64,000 bases of DNA from Eledone cirrhosa. Lineage: Eukaryota. Positions 38,501-51,300 of this stretch are shown here, piece by piece (position 1 is the first letter of the stretch; each line of letters begins with the position of its first letter). The notes beneath the pieces were generated by a model. That model worked only from the letters and a program-made list of their open reading frames with translations. It was not told the DNA's origin and ran no database searches. The stretch spans positions 35,588,001 through 35,652,000 of the forward strand of contig OZ024748.1 in the NCBI GenBank assembly GCA_964016885.1, read 5' to 3'. The position numbers and the translations under genes were made by a program.

Positions 38501-41500
38501 CTATTGTTACAGTTGTTATTGTTATTGTTACTGTTGTAGTGCTATTTTTACAGTTGTTATTGTTGTTGTTACTGTTGTAGTGCTATTGTTACAGCTGTTA
38601 TTGTTGTTGTTACTGTTGTAGAGTTATTGTTACAGTTGTTGTTGTTACAGTTGTAGTGCTATTGTTACAGTTGTTGTTGTTACTGTTGTAGTGCTATTGT
38701 TACAGTTGTTTTTGTTGTTACTGTTGCAGAGCTATTGTTACAGTTGTTATTGTTTTTGTTACTGTTGTAGTGCTATTGTTACAGTTGTCATTGTTGTTGT
38801 TACTCGTGTAGTGCTAATGTTACAGTTGTTATTGTTGTTGTTACTGTTGTAGTGCTATTGTTACAGTTGTTATTGTTGTTGGTACTGTTGCAGTGTTATT
38901 GTTACAGTTGTTGTTGTTACTGTTATAATGCTATTGTTACAGTTGTTGTTGTTACTGTTGTATTGCTATTGTTGCAATTGTTATTGTTGTTGTTACTGTT
39001 GTAGAGCTAATGTTACAGTTGTTATGGTTGTTGCTGTTGCAGTGCTATTGTTAGTTGTTATTGTTGTTGTTACTGTTGTAGTACTATTGTTACAGTTGTT
39101 ATTGTTGTTGTTACTGTTGTAGAGCTATTGTTACAGTTGTTGTTGTTACTGTTGTAGTGCTATTGTTACAGTTGTTATTTTTTTTGTTACTGTTGTAGTG
39201 CTATCGTTACAGTTGTTACTGTTGTTATTGTCGTAGGGCTATTGTTACAGTTGTTATTGTTGTTGTTACTGTTGTAGTGCTATTGTTACTGTTGTTGTTG
39301 TTACTGTTGTAGTGCTATTGTTACAGTTGTTATTGTTGTTGTTACTGTTGTAGTTCTATTGTTACTGTTGTTGTTGTTACTGTTGTAGTGCTATTGTTAG
39401 AGTTGTTATTGTTCTTGTTACTGTTGTAGTGCTATTTTTACTGTTGTTGTTACTGTTGTAGTGCTTTTGCTACAGTTGTTATTGTTGTTGTTACTGTTGT
39501 AGTGCTAATGTTACAGTTGTTGTTGTTACTCTTGTAGTGCTATTGTTACAGTTGTTATTGTTGTTACTGTTGTAGTGCTATTGTTACAGTAGTTATTGTT
39601 GTTGTTACTGTTGTAATGCTATTGTTATTGTTGTTGTTGTTACTGTTGTAGTGCTATTGTTACAGTTGTTATTGTTGTTGTTACTGATGTAGTGCTAATG
39701 TTACAGTTGTTGTTGTTACTGTTGTACTGCCATTGTTACAGTTGTTATTGTTGTTGTTACTGTTGTAATGCTATTGTTACAGTTGTTATTGTTGTTACTG
39801 TTGTAGTGCTATTGTTACAGTAGTTATTGTTGTTGTTACTGTTGTAATGCTATTGTTACAGTTGTTGTTACTGTTGTAGTGCTATTGTTAGAGTTGTTAT
39901 TGTTGTTGTTACTGTTGTAGTGCTATTGTTACTGTTGTTGTTGTTACTGTTGTAGTGCTATTGTTACAGTTGTTATTGTTGTTGTTACTGTTGTAGTGCT
40001 ATTGTTACAGTTGTTGTAGTTACAGTTGTAATGCTATTGTTACAGTTGTTGTTGTTACTGTTGTAGTGCTATTGTTACAGTTGTTATTGTTGTTCTTACT
40101 GTTGTAGAGCTATTGTTACAGTTGTTATTGTTGTTGTTACTGTTGTAGTGCTATTGTTACAGTTGTTGTTGTTACTGTTGTAGAGCTATTGTTACAGTTG
40201 TTATTGTTGTTGTTACTGTTGTAGTGCTAATGTTACAGTTGTTGTTGTTACTGTTGTAGGGCTATTGTTACAGTTGTTATTGTTGTAGTTACTGTTGTAG
40301 AGCTATTGTTACAGTTGTTATTGTTGTTGTTACTGTTGTAATGCTATTGTTACAGTTGTTGTTACTGTTGTAGAGCTATTGTTACAGTTGTTATTGTTGT
40401 TGTTACTGTTGTAGTGCTATTGTTACAGTTGTCATTGTTGTTGTTACTGTTGTAGTGCTATTGTTACAGTTGTTTTTGTTGTTACTGTTGCAGAGCTATT
40501 GTTACAGTTGTTATTGTTTTTGTTACTGTTGTAGTGCTAATGTTACAGTTGTTATTGTTGTTGTTACTGTTGTAGTGCTATTGTTACAGTTGTTATTTTT
40601 TTTGGTACTGTTGCAGTGTTATTGTTACAGTTGTTGTTGTTACTGTTGTAATGCTATTGTTACAGTTGTTGTTGTTACTGTTGTATTGCTATTGTTGCAA
40701 TTGTTATTGTTGTTGTTACTGTTGTAGAACTAATGTTACAGTTGTTATTGTTGTTGCTGTTGCAGTGCTATTGTTAGTTATTATTGTTGTTGTTACTGTT
40801 GTAGTACTATTGTTACATTTGTTATTGTTGTTGTTACTGTTGTAGAGCTATTGTTACAGTTGTTGTTGTTACTGTTGTAGTGCTATTGTTACAGTTGTTA
40901 TTTTTTTTGTTACTGTTGTAGTGCTATTGTTACAGTTGTTATTGTTGTTACTGTTGTAGTGCTATCGTTACAGTTGTTATTGTTCTTGTTACTGTTGTAG
41001 TGCTATTGTTACTGTTGTTGTTGTTACTGTTGTAGTGCTTTTGTTACAGTTGTTATTGTTGTTGTTACTGTTGTAGTGCTAATGTTAGTTGTTATTGTTG
41101 TTGTTATTGTCGTAGGGCTATTGTTACAGTTGTTATTGTTGTTGTTACTGTTGTAGTGCTATTGTTACTGTTGTTGTTGTTACTGTTGTAGTGCTATTGT
41201 TACAGTTGTTATTGTTGTTGTTACTATTGTAGTTCTATTGTTACTGTTGTTGTTGTTACTGTTGTAGTGCTATTGTTAGAGTTGTTATTGTTCTTGTTAC
41301 TGTTGTAGTGCTATTGTTACTGTTGTTGTTGTTACTGTTGTAGTGCTTTTGTTACAGTTGTTATTGTTGTTGTTACTGTTGTAGTGCTAATGTTACAGTT
41401 GTTGTTGTTACTGTTGTAGTGCTATTGTTACAGTTGTTATTGTTGTTGTTACTGTTGTAATGCTATTGTTACAGTTGTTATTGTTGTTACTGTTGTAGTG

Positions 41501-44500
41501 CTATTGTTACAGTAGTTATTGTTGTTGTTACTGTTGTAATGCTATTGTTATTGTTGTTGTTGTTACTGTTGTAGTGCTATTGTTACAGTTGTTATTGTTG
41601 TTGTTACTGATGTAGTGCTAATGTTACAGTTGTTGTTGTTACTGTTGTAGTGCTATTGTTACAGTTGTTATTGTTGTTGTTACTGTTCTAATGCTATTGT
41701 TACAGTTGTTGTTGTTGTTACTGTTGTAGTGCTATTGTTACAGTAGTTATTGTTGTTGTTACTGTTGTAATGCTATTGTTACAGTTGTTGTTGTTACTGT
41801 TGTAGTGCTATTGTTAGAGTTGTTATTGTTCTTGTTACTGTTGTAGTGCTATTGTTACTGTTGTTGTTGTTACTGTTGTAGTGCTATTGTTACAGTTGTT
41901 ATTGTTGTTGTTACTGTTGTAGTGCTATTGTTACAGTTGTTGTAGTTACTGTTGTAATGCTATTGTTACAGTTGTTGTTGTTACTGTTGTAGTGCTATTG
42001 TTACAGTTGTTATTGTTGTTCTTACTGTTGTAGAGCTATTGTTACAGTTGTTATTGTTGTTGTTACTGTTGTAGTGCTATTGTTACAGTTGTTATTGTTG
42101 TTGTTACTATTGTAGGGCTATTGTTACAGTTGTTGTTGTTACTGTTGTAGTGCTATTGTTACAGTTGTTATTGTTGTTGTTACTGTTGTAGTGCTATTGT
42201 TACAGTTGTTGTAGTTACTGTTGTAATGCTATTGTTACAGTTGTTGTTGTTACTGTTGTAGTGCTATTGTTACAGTTGTTATTGTTGTTCTTACTGTTGT
42301 AGAGCTATTGTTACAGTTGTTATTGTTGTTGTTACTGTTGTAGTGCTATTGTTACAGTTGTTATTGTTGTTGTTACTGTTGTAGTTCTAATGTTACAGTT
42401 GTTGTTGTTACTGTTGTAGGGCTATTGTTACAGTTGTTATTGTTGTTGTTACTGTTGTAGAGCTATTGTTACAGTTGTTGTTGTTACTGTTGTAGAGGTA
42501 TTGTTACAGTTGTTATTGTTGTTGTTACTGTTGTAATGCTATTGTCACAGTTGTTGTTGTTACTGTTGTAGAGCTATTGTTACAGTTGTTATTGTTGTTG
42601 TTACTTTTGTAGTGCTATTGTTACAGTTGTTATTTTTGTTGTTACTGTTGTAGTGCTATTGTTACAGTTGTTGTTGTTACTGTTGTAGAGCTATTGTTAC
42701 AGTTGTTATTGTTGTTGTTACTTTTGTAGTGCTATTGTTACAGTTGTTATTTTTGTTGTTACTGTTGTAATGCTATTGTTACAGTTGTTGTTGTTACTGT
42801 TGTAGAGCTATTGTTACAGTTGTTATTGTTGTTGTTACTTTTGTAGTGCTATTGTTACAGTTGTTATTTTTGTTGTTACTGTTGTAATGCTATTGTTACA
42901 GTTGTTGTTGTTACTGTTGTAGAGCTATTGTTACAGTTGTCATTGTTGTTGTCACTGTTGTAGTGCTATTGTTACAGTTGTTATTTTTGTGGTTACTGTT
43001 GTAGTGCTATTGTTACAGTTGTTATTGGTGTTGTTACTGTTGTAGAGCTATTGTTACAGTTGTTATTGTTGTTGTTACTGTTGTAGTGCTATTGTTAGTT
43101 GTTATTGTTGTTGTTACTCTTGTAGAGCTATTTTTACAGTTGTTATTGTTGTTGTTACTGTTGTAGAGCTATTTTTACAGTTGTTATTTTAGTTGTTACT
43201 GTTGTAGATCTATTGTTACAGTTGTTATTTTTGTTGTTACTGTTGTAGTGCTATTGTTACAGTTGTTATTGGTGTTGTTACTATTGTAGTGCTATTGTTA
43301 TAGTTGTTATTGTTGTTGTTACTGTTGTAGTGCTATTGTTACAGTTGTTATTGTTGTTACTGTTGTAGAGCTATTTTTACAGTTGTTATTTTAGTTGTTA
43401 CTGTTGTAGATCTATTGTTACAGTTGTTATTGTTGTTACTGTTGTAGTGCTATTGTTACAGTTGTTATTGTGGTTGTTACTGTTGTCGTGCTACTGTTAG
43501 TTTTTATTGTTGTTGTTACTGTTGTAGTGCTATTTTTACAGTTGTTATTTTTGTTGTTACTGTTGTAGATCTATTGTTACACTTGTTATTGTTGTTACTG
43601 TTGTAGTGCTATTGTTACAGTTGTTATTGTTATTGTTACTGTTGTAGTGCTATTTTTACAGTTGTTATTGTTGTTGTTACTGTTGTAGAGTTATTGTTAC
43701 AGTTGTTGTTGTTACTGTTGTAGTGCTATTGTTACAGTTGTTGTTGTTACTGTTGTAGTGCTATTGTTACAGTTGTTATTGTTGTTGTTACCGTTGTAGT
43801 GCTATTGTTACAGCTGTTATTGTTGTTATTTATGTTGTAGTGCTATTGTTACAGTTGTTTTTGTTGTTACTGTTGCAGAGCTATTGTTACAGTTGTTATT
43901 GTTTTTGTTACTGTTGTAGTGCTATTGTTACAGTTGTCATTGTTGTTGTTACTCTTGTAGTGCTAATGTTACAGTTGTTATTGTTGTTGTTACTGTTGTA
44001 GTGCTATTGTTACAGTTGTTATTTTTTTTGGTACTGTTGCAGTGTTATTGTTACAGTTGTTGTTGTTACTGTTGTAATGCTATTGTTACAGTTGTTGTTG
44101 TTACTGTTGTATTGCTATTGTTGCAATTGTTATTGTTGTTGTTACTGTTGTAGAACTAATGTTACAGTTGTTATTGTTGTTGCTGTTGCAGTGCTATTGT
44201 TAGTTGTTATTGTTGTTGTTACTGTTGTAGTACTATTGTTACAGTTGTTATTGTTGTTGTTACTGTTGTAGAGCTATTGTTACAGTTGTTGTTGTTACTG
44301 TTGTAGTGCTATTGTTACAGTTGTTATTTTTTTTGTTACTGTTGTAGTGCTATTGTTACAGTTGTTATTGTTGTTACTGTTGTAGTGCTATCGTTACAGT
44401 TGTTACTGTTGTTATTGTCGTAGGGCTATTGTTACAGTTGTTATTGTTGTTGTTACTGTTGTAGTGCTATTGTTACTGTTGTTGTTGTTACTGTTGTAGT

Positions 44501-47500
44501 GCTATTGTTACAGTTGTTATTGTTGTTGTTACTATTGTAGTTCTATTGTTACTGTTGTTGTTGTTACTGTTGTAGTGCTATTGTTAGAGTTGTTATTGTT
44601 CTTGTTACTGTTGTAGTGCTATTGTTACTGTTGTTGTTGTTACTGTTGTAGTGCTTTTGTTACAGTTGTTATTGTTGTTGTTACTGTTGTAGTGCTAATG
44701 TTACAGTTGTTGTTGTTACTGTTGTAGTGCTATTGTTACAGTTGTTATTGTTGTTGTTACTGTTGTAATGCTATTGTTACAGTTGTTATTGTTGTTACTG
44801 TTGTAGTGCTATTGTTACAGTAGTTATTGTTGTTGTTACTGTTGTAATGCTATTGTTATTGTTGTTGTTGTTACTGTTGTAGTGCTATTGTTACAGTTGT
44901 TATTGTTGTTGTTACTGATGTAGTGCTAATGTTACAGTTGTTGTTGTTACTGTTGTAGTGCTATTGTTACAGTTGTTATTGTTGTTGTTACTGTTCTAAT
45001 GCTATTGTTACAGTTGTTATTGTTGTTACTGTTGTAGTGCTATTGTTACAGTAGTTATTGTTGTTGTTACTGTTGTAATGCTATTGTTACAGTTGTTGTT
45101 GTTACTGTTGTAGTGCTATTGTTAGAGTTGTTATTGTTCTTGTTACTGTTGTAGTGCTATTGTTACTGTTGTTGTTGTTACTGTTGTAGTGCTATTGTTA
45201 CAGTTGTTATTGTTGTTGTTACTGTTGTAGTGCTATTCTTACAGTTGTTGAAGTTACTGTTGTAATGCTATTGTTACAGTTGTTGTTGTTACTGTTGTAG
45301 TGCTATTGTTACAGTTGTTATTGTTGTTCTTACTGTTGTAGAGCTATTGTTACAGTTGTTATTGTTGTTGTTACTGTTGTAGTGCTATTGTTACAGTTGT
45401 TATTGTTGTTGTTACTATTGTAGGGCTATTGTTACAGTTGTTGTTGTTACTGTTGTAGTGCTATTGTTACAGTTGTTATTGTTGTTGTTACTGTTGTAGT
45501 TCTAATGTTACAGTTGTTGTTGTTACTGTTGTAGGGCTATTGTCACAGTTGTTATTGTTGTTGTTACTGTTGTAGTGCTATTGTTACAGTTGTTATTGTT
45601 GTTGTTACTGTTGTAATGCTATTGTTACAGTTGTTGTTGTTACTGTTGTAGAGCTATTGTTACAGTTGTTATTGTTGTTGTTACTGTTGTAGTGCTATTG
45701 TTACAGTTGTCATTGTTGTTGTTACTGTTGTAGTGCTATTGTTACAGTTGTTATTTTTGTTGTTACTGTTGTAGTGCTATTGTTACAGTTGTTATTGGTG
45801 TTGTTACTGTTGTAGAGCTATTGTTACAGTTGTTATTGTTGTTGTTACTGTTGTAGTGCTATTGTTAGTTGTTATTGTTGTTGTTACTCTTGTAGAGCTA
45901 TTTTTACAGTTGTTATTGTTGTTGTTACTGTTGTAGAGCTATTTTTACAGTTGTTATTTTAGTTGTTACTGTTGTAGATCTATTGTTACAGTTGTTATTT
46001 TTGTTGTTACTGTTGTAGTGCTATTGTTACAGTTGTTATTGGTGTTGTTACTGTTGTAGTGCTATTGTTATAGTTGTTTTTGTTGTTGTTACTGTTGTAG
46101 TGCTATTGTTACAGTTGTTATTGTTGTTACTGTTGTAGAGCTATTTTTACAGTTGTTATTTTAGTTGTTACTGTTGTAGATCTATTGTTACAGTTGTTAT
46201 CGTTGTTACTGTTGTAGTGCTATTGTTACAGTTGTTATTGTGGTTGTTACTGTTGTAGTGCTATTGTTAGTTTTTATTGTTGTTGTTACTGTTGTAGTGC
46301 TATTTTTATAGTTGTTATTGTTGTTGTTACTGTTGTAGATCTATTGTTACACTTGTTATTGTTGTTACTGTTGTAGTGCTATTGTTACAGTTGTTATTGT
46401 TATTGTTTCTGTTGTAGTGCTATTTTTACAGTTGTTATTGTTGTTGTTACTGTTGTAGTGCTATTGTTACAGCTGTTATTGTTGTTGTTACTGTTGTAGA
46501 GTTATTGTTACAGTTGTTGTTGTTACAGTTGTAGTGCTATTGTTACAGTTGTTGTTGTTACTGTTGTAGTGCTATTGTTACAGTTGTTTTTGTTGTTACT
46601 GTTGCAGAGCTATTGTTACAGTTGTTATTGTTTTTGTTACTGTTGTAGTGCTATTGTTACAGTTGTCATTGTTGTTGTTACTCTTGTAGTGCTAATGTTA
46701 CAGTTGTTATTGTTGTTGTTACTGTTGTAGTGCTATTGTTACAGTTGTTATTGTTGTTGGTACTGTTGCAGTGTTATTGTTACAGTTGTTGTTGTTACTG
46801 TTATAATGCTATTGTTACAGTTGTTGTTGTTACTGTTGTATTGCTATTGTTGCAATTGTTATTGTTGTTGTTACTGTTGTAGAGCTAATGTTACAGTTGT
46901 TATGGTTGTTGCTGTTGCAGTGCTATTGTTAGTTGTTATTGTTGTTGTTACTGTTGTAGTACTATTGTTACAGTTGTTATTGTTGTTGTTACTGTTGTAG
47001 AGCTATTGTTACAGTTGTTGTTGTTACTGTTGTAGTGCTATTGTTACAGTTGTTATTTTTTTTGTTACTGTTGTAGTGCTATTGTTACAGTTGTTATTGT
47101 TGTTACTGTTGTAGTGCTATCGTTACAGTTGTTACTGTTGTTATTGTCGTAGGGCTATTGTTACAGTTGTTATTGTTGTTGTTACTGTTGTAGTGCTATT
47201 GTTACTGTTGTTGTTGTTACTGTTGTAGTGCTATTGTTACAGTTGTTATTGTTGTTGTTACTGTTGTAGTTCTATTGTTACTGTTGTTGTTGTTACTGTT
47301 GTAGTGCTATTGTTAGAGTTGTTATTGTTCTTGTTACTGTTGTAGTGCTATTTTTACTGTTGTTGTTACTGTTGTAGTGCTTTTGTTACAGTTGTTATTG
47401 TTGTTGTTACTGTTGTAGTGCTAATGTTACAGTTGTTGTTGTTACTCTTGTAGTGCTATTGTTACAGTTGTTATTGTTGTTACTGTTGTAGTGCTATTGT

Positions 47501-48379
47501 TACAGTAGTTATTGTTGTTGTTACTGTTGTAATGCTATTGTTATTGTTGTTGTTGTTACTGTTGTAGTGCTATTGTTACAGTTGTTATTGTTGTTGTTAC
47601 TGATGTAGTGCTAATGTTACAGTTGTTGTTGTTACTGTTGTACTGCCATTGTTACAGTTGTTATTGTTGTTGTTACTGTTGTAATGCTATTGTTACAGTT
47701 GTTATTGTTGTTACTGTTGTAGTGCTATTGTTACAGTAGTTATTGTTGTTGTTACTGTTGTAATGCTATTGTTACAGTTGTTGTTACTGTTGTAGTGCTA
47801 TTGTTAGAGTTGTTATTGTTGTTGTTACTGTTGTAGTGCTTTTGTTACTGTTGTTGTTGTTACTGTTGTAGTGCTATTGTTACAGTTGTTATTGTTGTTG
47901 TTACTGTTGTAGTGCTATTGTTACAGTTGTTGTAGTTACTGTTGTAATGCTATTGTTACAGTTGTTGTTGTTACTGTTGTAGTGCTATTGTTACAGTTGT
48001 TATTGTTGTTCTTACTGTTGTAGAGCTATTGTTACAGTTGTTATTGTTGTTGTTACTGTTGTAGTGCTATTGTTACAGTTGTTGTTGTTACTGTTGTAGA
48101 GCTATTGTTACAGTTGTTATTGTTGTTGTTACTGTTGTAGTGCTAATGTTACAGTTGTTGTTGTTACTGTTGTAGGGCTATTGTTACAGTTGTTATTGTT
48201 GTAGTTACTGTTGTAGAGCTATTGTTACAGTTGTTATTGTTGTTGTTACTGTTGTAATGCTATTGTTACAGTTGTTGTTACTGTTGTAGAGCTATTGTTA
48301 CAGTTGTTATTGTTGTTGTTACTGTTGTAGTGCTATTGTTACAGTTGTCATTGTTGTTGTTACTGTTGTAGTGCTATTA
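32570..48379. repeat. Second-level tandem duplication of ~7.85 kb (each copy ~3 HOR units)
   Basis: Offsets are 7,837 (32814/40651; ACTTTT 34766/42603), 7,878 (36199/44077; GAAG 37372/45250; 38928/46806) and 7,916 (GCCATT 39729/47645). Offset steps of 41 and 38 equal whole monomers. Confidence 0.88.
34730..35095. repeat. Local triplication of a 117-bp three-monomer unit (41+41+35); second occurrence at ~42570-42930
   Basis: ACTTTTGTAG at 34766, 34883, 35000 and at 42603, 42720, 42837 (spacing 117). Confidence 0.85.
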
Positions 48380-51300
48380 TTACAGTTGTTATTTTTTTGT
48401 TACTGTTGTAGTGCTATTGTTACAGTTGTTATTGGTGTTGTTACTGTTGTAGAGCTATTGTTACAGTTGTTATTGTTGTTGTTACTGTTGTAGTGCTATT
48501 GTTAGTTGTTATTGTTGTTGTTACTCTTGTAGAGCTATTTTTACAGTTGTTATTGTTGTTGTTACTGTTGTAGAGCTATTTTTACAGTTGTTATTTTAAT
48601 TGTTGCTGTTGTAGATCTATTGTTACAGTTGTTATTTTTGTTGTTACTGTTGTAGTGCTATTGTTACAGTTGTTATTGGTATTGTTACTGTTGTAGTGCT
48701 ATTGTTACAGTTGTTATTGTTGTTAATGTTGTAGAGCTATTTTTACAGTTGTTATTTTAGTTGTTACTGTTGTAGATCTATTGTTACAGTTGTTATTGTT
48801 GTTACTGTTGTAGTGCTATTGTTACAGTAGTTATTGTTGTTGTTACTGTTGTAATGCTAGTGTTACAGTTGTTGTTGTTACTGTTGTAGTGCTATTGTTA
48901 GAGTTGTTATTGTTGTTGTTACTGTTGTAGTGCTATTGTTACAGTTGTTGTAGTTACTGTTGTAATGCTATTGTTACAGTTGTTGTTGTTACTGTTGTAG
49001 TGCTATTGTTACAGTTGTTATTATTGTTCTTACTGTTGTAGAGCTATTGTTACAGTTGTTATTGTTGTTGTTACTGTTGTAGTGCTATTGTAACAGTTGT
49101 TATTGTTGTTGTTACTATTGTAGGGCTATTGTTACAGTTGTTGTTGTTACTGTTGTAGTGCTATTGTTACAGTTGTTATTGTTGTTGTTACTGTTGTAGT
49201 TCTAATGTTACAGTTGTTGTTGTTACTGTTGTAGGGCTATTGTTACAGTTGTTATTGTTGTTGTTACTGTTGTAGGGCTATTGTTACAGTTGTTGTTGTT
49301 ACTGTTGTAGAGCTATTGTTACAGTTGTTATTGTTGTTGTTACTGTTGTAGTGCTAATGTTACAGTTGTTGTTGTTACTGTTGTAAAGCTATTGTTACAG
49401 TTATTATTGTTGTTGTTACTGTTGTAGAGCTATTGTTACAGTTGTTATTGTTGTTGTTACTGTTGTAATGCTATTGTTACAGTTGTTGTTGTAACTGTTG
49501 TAGAGCTATTGTTACAGTTGTTATTGTTGTTGTTACTGTTGTAGTGCTATTGTTACAGTTGTCATTGTTGTTGTTACTGTTGTAGTGCTATTATTACAGT
49601 TGTTATTTTTGTTGTTACTGTTGTAGTTCTATTGTTACAGTTGTTATTGGTGTTGTTACTGTTGTAGAGCTATTGTTACATTTGTTATTGTTGTTGTTAC
49701 TGTTGTAGTGCTATTGTTACAGATGTTTTTGTTGTTACTGTTGCAGAGCTATTGTTACAGTTGTTATTGTTGTTGTTACTGTTGTAGTGCTATTGTTACA
49801 GTTGTTATTGTTGTTGTTACTGTTGTAGTGCTATTTTTACAGTTGTTATTGTTGTTGTTACTGTTGTAGATCTATTGTTACAGTCGTTATTGTTGTTACT
49901 GTTGTAGTGCTATTGTTACAGTTGTTATTGTTGTTGTTACTGTTGTAGTGCTATTGTTACAGTTGTCATTGTTGTTGTTACTGTTGTAGTGCTATTATTA
50001 CAGTTGTTATTTTTGTTGTTACTGTTGTAGTTCTATTGTTACAGTTGTTATTGGTGTTGTTACTGTTGTAGAGCTATTGTTACAGTTGTTGTTGTTTTTG
50101 TTACTGTTGTAGTGCTATTGTTACAGTTGTCATTGTTGTTGTTACTCTTGTAGTGCTATTGTTACAGTTGTTATTGTTGTTGTTACTGTTGTAGTGCTAT
50201 TGTTACAGTTGTTATTGTTGTTGTTACTGTTGTAGTGCTATTTTTACAGTTGTTATTGTTGTTGTTACTGTTGTAGATCTATTGTTACAGTCGTTATTGT
50301 TGTTACTGTTGTAGTGCTATTGTTACAGTTGTTATTGTTGTTGTTACTGTTGTAGTGCTATTGTTACTGTTGTTGTTGTTACTGTTGTAGTGCTATTGTT
50401 ACAGTTGTTATTGTTGTTGTTACTGTTGTAGAGCTATTGTTACAGTTGTTGTTGTTACTGTTGTAGTGCTATTGTTACAGTTGTTATTTTTTTTGTTACT
50501 GTTGTAGTGCTATTGTTACAGTTGTTATTGTTGTTACTGTTGTAGTGCTATCGTTACAGTTGTTACTGTTGTTATTATCGTAGGGCTATTGTTACAGTTG
50601 TTATTGTTGTTGTTACTGTTGTAGTGCTATTGTTACTGTTGTTGTTGTTACTGTTGTAGTGCTATTGTTACAGTTGTTATTGTTGTTGTTACTGTTGTAG
50701 TTCTATTGTTACTGTTGTTGTTGTTACTGTTGTAGTGCTATTGTTAGAGTTGTTATTGTTCTTGTTACTGTTGTAGTGCTATTTTTACTGTTGTTGTTAC
50801 TGTTGTAGTGCTTTTGTTACAGTTGTTATTGTTGTTGTTACTGTTGTAGTGCTAATGTTACAGTTGTTGTTGTTACTCTTGTAGTGCTATTGTTACAGTT
50901 GTTATTGTTGTTACTGTTGTAGTGCTATTGTTACAGTAGTTATTGTTGTTGTTACTGTTGTAATGCTATTGTTATTGTTGTTGTTGTTACTGTTGTAGTG
51001 CTATTGTTACAGTTGTTATTGTTGTTGTTACTGATGTAGTGCTAATGTTACAGTTGTTGTTGTTACTGTTGTACTGCCATTGTTACAGTTGTTATTGTTG
51101 TTGTTACTGTTGTAATGCTATTGTTACAGTTGTTATTGTTGTTACTGTTGTAGTGCTATTGTTACAGTAGTTATTGTTGTTGTTACTGTTGTAATGCTAT
51201 TGTTACAGTTGTTGTTACTGTTGTAGTGCTATTGTTAGAGTTGTTATTGTTGTTGTTACTGTTGTAGTGCTTTTGTTACTGTTGTTGTTGTTACTGTTGT

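Noticed and set aside
23670-50495. T8 tracts (e.g. ~23675, ~29447, ~50487) as intrinsic or Pol III terminators
   Set aside because: They arise from G-to-T substitutions in the GTT tail and are copied with the HOR. There is no upstream GC-rich hairpin or recognisable RNA gene.
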